Source: a virus (lineage: Duplodnaviria; Caudoviricetes). From it: a stretch of DNA of 32,050 bases. Shown here one piece after another: positions 24,745 to 32,050 of the stretch. The DNA lies in the IMG/VR virus record IMGVR_UViG_3300033076_000614, positions 1 through 32,050 of that record; one strand, written 5' to 3'. Positions within the stretch are counted from its first letter, which is position 1. Every line of letters begins with the position of its first letter. The notes beneath the pieces were generated by a model. The model worked only from the letters and a program-made list of their open reading frames with translations, did no database searches and was not told the origin of the DNA. The position numbers and the translations under genes were made by a program.

Positions 24745-25244
24745 TGACCTCCTTCGTTCGCCAAGTGAAGCTCGACGACCTCGGCAAGTACGAACGCATG
24801 CTCGCGCGCAATGCGCCGAAGCTCGCGAAGTCGATGCTTGAACGCACCGCGCGCGAGGCCGTGCAGAAGCTCAAGGCGCGCACCACAGCGGTCGACGCCG
24901 TCGCGACGGGCAAGCTGCGCAACGGGTGGAAGGTCGAGAAGGCGCCGCGAGGTGTCAGCTTCTCGATCGTGAACAAACGCGCGTACGCGCTCTATGTCGA
25001 GCGCGGCAGACGCAAGGGTGCGAAGCGCCCGCCAGTGCGTGCAATCGAACTGTGGGTGCGCACGAAGCTCGGCATCACTGGGCGCGAGGCGCGCGGCGTC
25101 GCGTTCGTGATCGCACGCCGCATCAGCGAGCGAGGCATCAAGGGGCGCTTCATCGTGCTCGGCACCTACCGTCCGATCATCGCGCTGTACCGGCAGAACG
25201 TGGATAAGGCGCTCGAGCGCTACTACAAGGAGCGGGCGCGATGA
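24744..25244 (+). CDS. HK97 gp10-like tail completion protein
   Basis: Basic; ATGKLRNGW, YALYVERG and GIKGRF motifs. Confidence 0.7.
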   Translation: MTSFVRQVKLDDLGKYERMLARNAPKLAKSMLERTAREAVQKLKARTTAVDAVATGKLRNGWKVEKAPRGVSFSIVNKRAYALYVERGRRKGAKRPPVRAIELWVRTKLGITGREARGVAFVIARRISERGIKGRFIVLGTYRPIIALYRQNVDKALERYYKERAR

Positions 25245-25987
25245 GTGCGCATGATGGGCTGACCACAGGCACCGTCCCTGTCGGTGGGACGCGGCTCGTC
25301 GTCGACCCCGCCGACCCTGTCGTGCTCACCTTGCGCCGCGACACAGACGCGAGGACTGCGATTACTCGCGGGATCAAGGAGTACATCGAGCAGCTCTCTA
25401 TCGCGTTCGCTGGGCGCACCATGCGCTTCAAGAGCGTGAAGTACGCATGGCCCGACCCCGAGGTCGACGCGCTCTACCCATCGGCGACCATCTACACAGA
25501 GGGCGAAGGCTCTTACGATCCAGCGCGTTTCACACCGATCGTCAGCAGCGGAACGCAAGTCGATGGAACCAATGTGTTCCTCGGACAGTCGTGCGAGTAC
25601 GTCACGATGGTCACGATCGAAGTGTGGTGCACTGAGGAGGTCGAGCGTCGCGCACTGATCGCGATGCTCGAGGACGCGCTGAGTCCGGTCGACTGGATGT
25701 ACGGCTGCCGCTTGCGTCTACCGCACTACCACGGCGCGTTCTGCACGATCGAACCGAAGTCGTGCTCATACCTCGAAGACGATCGAGACGCGCAGCGCCG
25801 TCTACGAAAGTTCAAGATGCAACTGGACTGCCATGTGCCTATGCTGCGCGCGTTCAGTAATCTTTCGATCGCGTCGCCAGACAAGATTCGCATCTCGTAC
25901 ACCGTCACCGTTGGGCCTCCAGAGGTTCCTACGGGTTTGCCCGGTCCCGATGGTGGGCCTGGGTTCGCACCGCCCGGTGATTGCTAA
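25241..25987 (+). CDS. Putative tail terminator
   Basis: YPSATI and TIEVWC motifs; directly before sheath. Confidence 0.6.
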   Translation: MSAHDGLTTGTVPVGGTRLVVDPADPVVLTLRRDTDARTAITRGIKEYIEQLSIAFAGRTMRFKSVKYAWPDPEVDALYPSATIYTEGEGSYDPARFTPIVSSGTQVDGTNVFLGQSCEYVTMVTIEVWCTEEVERRALIAMLEDALSPVDWMYGCRLRLPHYHGAFCTIEPKSCSYLEDDRDAQRRLRKFKMQLDCHVPMLRAFSNLSIASPDKIRISYTVTVGPPEVPTGLPGPDGGPGFAPPGDC

Positions 25988-26009
25988 GGCAGCCCCGGCT
26001 CGATAGACT
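25981..26009 (+). promoter_or_regulatory. Putative sigma70-type promoter TTGCTA-N17-TAGACT
   Basis: 17-nt spacer, 18 nt before the sheath start. Confidence 0.5.
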
Positions 26010-26027
26010 CCCCGAAGCGAGGTTCCC

Positions 26028-28046
26028 GTGAGCGGCTTCATCCGTCGATACCAGTTCAATCCCGGCGCAGAGATCATCAAGCAGATCGAAGGCGTCGTCA
26101 TCGTCGACCTCCCGCCGCCCGGCTCGATCCAGGGCGTAGGCACCGGCACCACCTGTGTCGTCGGCGAATACGAGAACATGCAATACGCCGTGACGATCAG
26201 CGACTCTGGGGTCGTCACGACCAACCCGCAGCCGGTCGAGGTCTTCTCGTCTGCCGACATGCTCACGAAGGTCGGCGGCTGGGACGAGTTCCTCGGCGAC
26301 TTCGGCGCAGACATGGGCAACGCTTTCGTCGAGATTCGGAACAAGCGGTTCTCTCGGCTGATCTGCGCACCCGTCGATCTGCTCACGCCGAGCGGCGGAT
26401 CGCAAGGCACCGTGCGTCTGTGGCGGCAGCTGCCGACGAATCAGAGCGCGACTGTCGCACAGCCGATCACCCCCGTCGTCGCTGGGCAGGTCAGCGCCGG
26501 GTACGAGTTCCTCGGCGGCACTGATCGCATCAGGCTCGCCTCGACCGTGACGTTCGGCGACGCGGCTGCGTACACGAGCGGCATCGACGGCGCGATCACT
26601 GCGGCAGGCGCAGCCGTCACGCAGACGTTCAACAGCGCGACCGGCGACTTCGTCAACGAAGGCGTCGAGGCCGGCGACATCCTCGTGCTCGGTGTGATCG
26701 ACGGCGCGGGCGCACTCGGCGCGAACGCCGACACCTACCGTGTCGTCAGCGTGACCAGCGCAACGGCGATCGTCGTGCAGAAGCTCGACGGCGCGAGCTT
26801 CAACTGGACGACCGGCACCGCGCAGCCCTGGCGGCTCCACGTCGCGAACACTGCCGACAGCGCGGGCACCGCGCAGGTGCAGCTGAGCAGCACGGCGGGC
26901 TACAACGTGCTGGCTCGCCCGCTCGATGCCACGATCCCTGTCGCCACTGCGCTCACGCCGAGCCCTGTGCCGACTGCGCCGAGCGCGACGGTGTGGGAAC
27001 CGCTGAGCGGGCTCGATGGCGTCACGCACCCGTCGACCGCGATCACCTACGATGCGAACGTCCACGCGCCGAACGTCACGACGACTTCGCTCGTCAACGC
27101 GCGTTACCAAGCTGCGATCGACGCGCTCGTCAACGACGTCTATCCAGCGCGCGACATCAACATCGTCGTCTCCGCGCGCAAGTCGTCGCTGATCCGAACC
27201 AAGCTCAAGTCGCACGTCCTCCAGGCGAGTGCACTCGGTCTCACGCGACGCGCGATCATCTCGCCGAACATCGACGAGCTCGACCTCGTGGACGTGATCG
27301 GCACCGCGTCGCCCGGCGTCGGTGCGACGCGCACCGATCGGATCGACTACTCGTGGCCGGGTGTGCAGACGTTCGTCCCCGAGGCAGTCGGCTTCGAGAT
27401 CGCCACGAGCGACGGCAGCACAACGACTGACGGCATCCTCGATGTGACCGGCGACACTTGGCTCGCCGCAGTCGAGTCGAACCTCCCGCCCGAGCGCAAC
27501 CCCGGTCAGGCGACCTCCCCTGTTCCCGAGGTGATGGCACCCGTGCTGTCGACGGCGCGCGGCACGCCGAACCTCGGCCTCGCTGAGTACGTCACGCTCA
27601 AGGGCGCAGGCATCTGCGCGGTGCGCTTCGACCGCACCGCAGGGCCGATCTTCCAGTCTGGCGTCACCTCGAGCCTCGTCAGCGGCGAGGAGACGATCTT
27701 GCGCCGCCGCATGGCCGACTTCATTCAGGACTCAGTCGCGCGGCGTGTCGTCTTCCTGTCGAAGCAGCCGCTCACGCGGAACCTCAAGGACACGATCACC
27801 GGAGAGATCGTCGCGTTCCTCGACGAGCTCCTCTCGCCCGGCAATCCGAGCGCCCAGCGCATCTACGGCTACGAGGTCGACGACGTGAGCGGGAACACTC
27901 CCGCGATGGAGGCGCAGGGGATCTTCGTCGTCATCATCGCAGTGCGCCTCACGCCGACCGCCGACTTCATCGTGATCCAGACCAACATCGGTCAGGGCGT
28001 GGTGCTGTCGACGACCGCCTCGACGAACGGGGCACTTGCGACCTGA
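26028..28046 (+). CDS. Contractile tail sheath protein
   Basis: 672 aa. C-terminal RRRMADFIQDSV...VDDVSGNTP...VRLTPTADFI sheath signature. Confidence 0.9.
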   Translation: MSGFIRRYQFNPGAEIIKQIEGVVIVDLPPPGSIQGVGTGTTCVVGEYENMQYAVTISDSGVVTTNPQPVEVFSSADMLTKVGGWDEFLGDFGADMGNAFVEIRNKRFSRLICAPVDLLTPSGGSQGTVRLWRQLPTNQSATVAQPITPVVAGQVSAGYEFLGGTDRIRLASTVTFGDAAAYTSGIDGAITAAGAAVTQTFNSATGDFVNEGVEAGDILVLGVIDGAGALGANADTYRVVSVTSATAIVVQKLDGASFNWTTGTAQPWRLHVANTADSAGTAQVQLSSTAGYNVLARPLDATIPVATALTPSPVPTAPSATVWEPLSGLDGVTHPSTAITYDANVHAPNVTTTSLVNARYQAAIDALVNDVYPARDINIVVSARKSSLIRTKLKSHVLQASALGLTRRAIISPNIDELDLVDVIGTASPGVGATRTDRIDYSWPGVQTFVPEAVGFEIATSDGSTTTDGILDVTGDTWLAAVESNLPPERNPGQATSPVPEVMAPVLSTARGTPNLGLAEYVTLKGAGICAVRFDRTAGPIFQSGVTSSLVSGEETILRRRMADFIQDSVARRVVFLSKQPLTRNLKDTITGEIVAFLDELLSPGNPSAQRIYGYEVDDVSGNTPAMEAQGIFVVIIAVRLTPTADFIVIQTNIGQGVVLSTTASTNGALAT

Positions 28047-28103
28047 CGCCCGGCGTGGTTCACTGAAACTCTCAGCCGCACCCTCCGGCACCGCGAGGGG
28101 ATA

Positions 28104-28139
28104 GGGCCGAGGCAGACGTGTAGTGCGTCGCCTCGGCCC
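28104..28139 (+). other. Strong hairpin between sheath and tube genes
   Basis: GGGCCGAGGC / GCCTCGGCCC plus inner GACG/CGTC. Confidence 0.7.
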
Positions 28140-28159
28140 GCTTCATTCGAGGAGGAGCC

Positions 28160-28591
28160 ATGGCCGCGCAGCGCATCAAGGGGCAGGAAGTCGAAGTTCA
28201 GATCATCAAGGACGGCGTGCCGCAGAGCAACGTCACGGCGGTCAAGTCCCTGGAGATCAGCTTCCAGATGGAGATCAAGAGCGAGGGCTATCTCGGCGAG
28301 ACGGCGAACCGCAAGGACGCCATCTACAACGGGATGCGCGGCAGCATGACCGTGAACTTCTCCGACTCGGGCACGCTCGATCTCACCAAGGCGATCGTCG
28401 ACAAAGCGCAGCGCCGCACGCCCGGTGTGCAGTTCAACATCAAGGCGGCGCTCAACTTCCCGAACGGCACGCGGAAGCGCGTGATCATCCCCGATGTCGA
28501 GTTCGGCGAGATCCCGCTGAACTTCGGCAGCCGATCCGACTACGGCGAGCAGAAGTTCGATTTCGAGGGCACCTCGTACTCGCTCATCTGA
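28160..28591 (+). CDS. Tail tube protein
   Basis: GAGGAGG SD, 143 aa beta-rich, follows sheath. Confidence 0.8.
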   Translation: MAAQRIKGQEVEVQIIKDGVPQSNVTAVKSLEISFQMEIKSEGYLGETANRKDAIYNGMRGSMTVNFSDSGTLDLTKAIVDKAQRRTPGVQFNIKAALNFPNGTRKRVIIPDVEFGEIPLNFGSRSDYGEQKFDFEGTSYSLI

Positions 28592-28637
28592 TCGCGCGCA
28601 GAGCACACCACACAAGCACGGAAGGTAGGACCACAGC

Positions 28638-29012
28638 ATGAACGATTCACTCCCGATCCCCGTCCCCGGCGACGCCGCTCGAGTGCAGCACGTCTTCAAC
28701 GTGCCTGCTTCAATGGTCGGCGTCTGCGGGTGCAGCACCCTCGTCTTCCACGAGCTCACTGCCGAAGACGAGATCATGGCAAGCAAGCGCGCACGCGGAG
28801 ACGCCGGCACGCTCGCCTACGAGCTCGCCAAAGCGTCGCTCGCTGCCGTGGACGGCAAACGGCTGTCGCTCTCAGACGGCAGCGTCGACCGCTGGTTCAG
28901 TCACGCATCACCGAAGGTGCGTGGGCTGATCGTCACTGCGTACAACGAGATCCACTCGGTGACGCAGGGAGACGCCGATGCTTTTCTCAAGAGCCGCAAG
29001 GTGGTCGCGTAG
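28638..29012 (+). CDS. Tail assembly chaperone
   Basis: Between tube and tape measure; FHELTAEDEI motif. Confidence 0.75.
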   Translation: MNDSLPIPVPGDAARVQHVFNVPASMVGVCGCSTLVFHELTAEDEIMASKRARGDAGTLAYELAKASLAAVDGKRLSLSDGSVDRWFSHASPKVRGLIVTAYNEIHSVTQGDADAFLKSRKVVA

Positions 29013-29224
29013 GCAGCCTCGCGGCTCTTGCATGGGGCTACTACCAACGTCCCGATCACCTACCGCGTCTGATGAAGCTCCTCGCGTTCATCGCTCGTTA
29101 CGGACACCAGGACATGCCCTCCATCAAGCGCCTACCATTGACCGATCTCTACGCGTTCTCAAACGCGCTGAGCGAACTGCTCACAGAGGAGGCCGACGCC
29201 ATGAAGCGCGCGACTGACTCGTGA
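28982..29224 (+). CDS. Second chaperone segment (probable -1 frameshift extension, or short ORF from ATG 29072)
   Basis: -1 frame open across GCT TTT CTC to a TGA overlapping the tape-measure GTG. Encodes LLAFIARYGHQDMPSIKRLPLTDL. Confidence 0.55.
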   Translation, partial: FSQEPQGGRVGSLAALAWGYYQRPDHLPRLMKLLAFIARYGHQDMPSIKRLPLTDLYAFSNALSELLTEEADAMKRATDS

Positions 29225-31089
29225 CCGACGTCATCAACAACATCAGGACGAACTTCACTGCGAACACGGCCGGGTTCGTGAACCCAGTCAGTGCGATGGT
29301 CGGGGCGTCCTCGAGTGCTGTCGGCACCGTGCGGAATCTCGTCAGTTCGATCACCGGCTTGCCGGGGATGCTCGCAGGCGTTGCGGCAGGCTTCGGCATC
29401 CATTCGATCATCGAGGTCAACGACGCCTTCACGAAGACGCAGCGCACGATCGGCGGCACGTTCGCTGCCCTCGGCCTAGCGAGCGACTTCAACGCCGGGC
29501 TCTCGCGCGCCGCTGCGACGATGGCCGAGATCGAACGCGACGCAGCGATCCTCCCCGGCGAGGCATCGGACTATGTCGATGTCTTCCAAGCGGCGCTCCC
29601 GAACATGTCCCACCTGCAAGGCGTGATCCAAGCGGGCGGGCAGTCGATGGCGCAGTTCTCCAATCGCTTCGCTGCCGTCGCAGTCACGTTCGGCGTCGAC
29701 ATGTCTCAGGCCGGTCGCGACCTCGCGCGCATGCTGCAAGACGGGCACGGACAGGTCGAGGCGCTGTCGCAGACGTGGATGAAGATGTCGCCGTTCATCC
29801 AAGACGCTGCGCAGAGCATGGGCCTGAACGTCGCGTCGGCGCGCGACTTCAACGCACTGACTGCGCAGCAGCGCGCGCAGCTGATCCAGAGCACCGTCAA
29901 TCAAGGCGGTCTGAACGGCATGCTCCAAGCAGCCGGCCACTCGTGGGAAGCACAGCTCGGGACGATTCAGTCGATCGGAAAGAACCTGCTCCGACAGTCG
30001 TCTCAGCCGATCTATGAAGGGATCGTGACATCGCTCGAGCAGGTCAATACCTTCCTCGACGCGAACACGGGGAAGATCGTCGCACTCGGTCAGGCGATCG
30101 GCAGGTACGTCGTCGGTGGGTTCCAGCAGGCCGGCGCGATGATCGCCGAGATGGGGAAGTACCTCGACTATGCCGTCGCCCTCTTCAATCAGAGCGGCAT
30201 CATGGAGTCGCTATCCGGCGCCGGTCGGAACATCATGGGCGCAGTCGGGAACCTCGCACAGCAGGCGGCAGGCGAAGCGCAGGGCGGCGCGCTCGACCCC
30301 TACAAGTGGATGAACGTGCTGATGGAGACGGCCGCACCGTTGGCGCAGACGTTCGAGAACTTCACTGCGATCATTGAGCCGGTCGGCAGCGCGCTGATCG
30401 GGCTCTATGCGACATTCTCCGAGATCCAAGCAAACCTTCTACCGCCGCTCGCCAACGCGATCATGCTCATCACTGAGCCGATGTTCGCCTTCTGGGGCAG
30501 CCTCGCAGGCATTGTCGGGACATTGATCAACAATGTCCGCCCGACATTCGTGATGCTGTCCTCGAAGATCGGTGGTCTGGTCACTTCGATCGCGAGCTTC
30601 CTGCACCCCGCTATGCGACTGATTGGAGCAGCGTTCACTTGGATCGCGGACAAGCTCGGCCGATTCCTCGCCCCGGTCATTCAAGTTGCGGGCGATGTCA
30701 TCGGCGGAATGATCGACGCGATCAGCCGCTTCATCTCGTGGCTCGGCAGCATCTTGAGCACAGCAGCGAATCGCATTCTCGGCCCGGCAGCAGGGCGCAC
30801 GGCACCATCCGGCTCCGCACCGAACGCACAGACGCAGGCACTCGACGCAGCAGCACAGGCGCAGGCAGAGGCGGCAGCGGCGCAGGAGCAGGCCGCGCGC
30901 CCGACGCCGGGCGGCCGAGGCGGCGGCGGTACGCATCAGGACTTCCGTGGCTCGAGGTTCGAGATCACGCAGAAGTACGCCGAGGGGTACGACCCTGATC
31001 GCGTTGCTGTCGCCTTCGCCAGCGACCTCGCTCGCATCGGCGAGTACCGACTCCAGAGCGGCCTCGCGCCGCTGTACGGGCTGCGATGA
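29221..31089 (+). CDS. Tape measure protein
   Basis: 622 aa Ala/Gly-rich helical protein with periodic aromatic residues, after the chaperones. Confidence 0.85.
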   Translation: MTDVINNIRTNFTANTAGFVNPVSAMVGASSSAVGTVRNLVSSITGLPGMLAGVAAGFGIHSIIEVNDAFTKTQRTIGGTFAALGLASDFNAGLSRAAATMAEIERDAAILPGEASDYVDVFQAALPNMSHLQGVIQAGGQSMAQFSNRFAAVAVTFGVDMSQAGRDLARMLQDGHGQVEALSQTWMKMSPFIQDAAQSMGLNVASARDFNALTAQQRAQLIQSTVNQGGLNGMLQAAGHSWEAQLGTIQSIGKNLLRQSSQPIYEGIVTSLEQVNTFLDANTGKIVALGQAIGRYVVGGFQQAGAMIAEMGKYLDYAVALFNQSGIMESLSGAGRNIMGAVGNLAQQAAGEAQGGALDPYKWMNVLMETAAPLAQTFENFTAIIEPVGSALIGLYATFSEIQANLLPPLANAIMLITEPMFAFWGSLAGIVGTLINNVRPTFVMLSSKIGGLVTSIASFLHPAMRLIGAAFTWIADKLGRFLAPVIQVAGDVIGGMIDAISRFISWLGSILSTAANRILGPAAGRTAPSGSAPNAQTQALDAAAQAQAEAAAAQEQAARPTPGGRGGGGTHQDFRGSRFEITQKYAEGYDPDRVAVAFASDLARIGEYRLQSGLAPLYGLR

Positions 31090-32050
31090 CGGTCGTCGGC
31101 GAGTCGCTCGTCACGGAGGTCTCTGCGTTCGTGATTCGCGAGCTCACTGGCCCGCGCCGCACTGTGCAGCTGGTGGGGCGCGCGCTCCCGTACCGACCCT
31201 TCTCGCTCAAGACGCAGCAGCGCGTCGAGGTCGATTGGTACGCCGGCAACCCGGAGGGCACTGCGACCGTGCTCGGCGCGAAGGAAGGCGACACCTCGAT
31301 CGCCGGCATGTGGAAGACGAAGTACCTCGGCGAAGCTGTCAACACGACTGCCGGGCTCTCTGCGCCGTTCTCTGTCGACAGCATCGTGAAGTCGACTGCG
31401 CGCGCAGCAGTGCAGGCGATGGACGACGTGTGCCGTGCCGGGCAGCTGCTCGAGGTGACGTGGGATGAGGTGACGCGGCACGGCTACATGACCGACTTTG
31501 AGGTCGAGTGGGACACCGTCTACGATGTGAAGTGGACAGCGAAGTTCGTGTGGATCTCGCGCGGTGAAGCCACGCAGCCTCCCGTCTACCTCGTGCAAGC
31601 GAGCATCAGCGATGTCGCGTCTGAGACGACAGCGCGCGCAGAGGACCTCGCCGACACAGTCGATGCGCACGACGGTCTTCCGCTCGACACTGCGCTCACC
31701 TCGATGTACTCGGCAGTCGAGCGCGAGACGAGTCGAGTGGTCGACTACGCGAACCAGACGCAGGGTGCGGTGAGCAACGTCGCGCGCCTCGCGATGACGC
31801 CGTTCGACGCGGCGCAGTCGATCATCGCAACGAGCACCGCCACCATCGGCACTGCTCAGTCGATCATCGACACGACATGGAGTGAGGTCGCCGGGACGTG
31901 GCAAGCGATCGAGGACCAGAGCTTCGGGACGCGCCTCACTGCCGAAGCGTTCTACGCAGACGTGAGACGCAAGGCGCGCACCGTGCGGAACACATCGGTC
32001 AGCAGTCGCGCGTCTCTCAACAAGCAGATCGAGAAGACCGTGCTCGCCAT
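31086..32050 (+). CDS. Tail tube initiator / baseplate hub-like protein, truncated by window end (not in ORF track)
   Basis: ATGA overlap with tape measure. Open to the window end: MTVVGESLV...WYAGNPEGTATVLG...GQLLEVTWD... Confidence 0.7.
   Translation, partial: MTVVGESLVTEVSAFVIRELTGPRRTVQLVGRALPYRPFSLKTQQRVEVDWYAGNPEGTATVLGAKEGDTSIAGMWKTKYLGEAVNTTAGLSAPFSVDSIVKSTARAAVQAMDDVCRAGQLLEVTWDEVTRHGYMTDFEVEWDTVYDVKWTAKFVWISRGEATQPPVYLVQASISDVASETTARAEDLADTVDAHDGLPLDTALTSMYSAVERETSRVVDYANQTQGAVSNVARLAMTPFDAAQSIIATSTATIGTAQSIIDTTWSEVAGTWQAIEDQSFGTRLTAEAFYADVRRKARTVRNTSVSSRASLNKQIEKTVLA

Larger units (their letters stand above)
1..32050 (+). mobile_element. Tailed phage/prophage virion morphogenesis region (contractile tail, myovirus-like)
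   Basis: Co-oriented terL-portal-MuF-scaffold-capsid-neck-sheath-tube-chaperone-tape measure order with many overlapping stop/start codons. No integrase, att site or host gene seen, so free phage versus prophage cannot be decided. Confidence 0.95.

Noticed and set aside
6517-27215. Long minus-strand ORFs (e.g. 6517-7794, 21390-23123, 25929-27215)
   Set aside because: Antisense shadows of high-GC3 genes, with no recognisable motifs.

Overview
The whole window is the late (virion) region of a high-GC tailed phage or prophage with a contractile tail. Essentially all real genes are on the + strand and are often translationally coupled. Gene order: small accessory ORFs (including a Gly-Tyr/Gly-Asp repeat protein), hypoxanthine phosphoribosyltransferase, terminase large subunit, eight small ORFs, portal, an accessory cassette (HIT hydrolase, ADP-ribosyltransferase-like protein, HAD phosphatase, degenerate HNH, two proteins sharing a basic C-terminal module), a fibre-like module with a 17 x 21-aa repeat protein, MuF-like head protein, tandem microproteins ending P-[FY]-x-x-K-G-G, scaffold, major capsid, neck proteins, sheath, tube, tail chaperone with a probable -1 frameshift, tape measure and a truncated tail/baseplate gene. 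The most unusual signals are a ~370-nt highly structured RNA candidate directly after the capsid gene, an anticodon-less tRNA-like element ending in CCA, the KGG-tailed microprotein array and the tagged effector/nucleotide-enzyme cassette in the head module. All calls come from manual motif reading, synteny and hand-folding. No database search or folding program was run.
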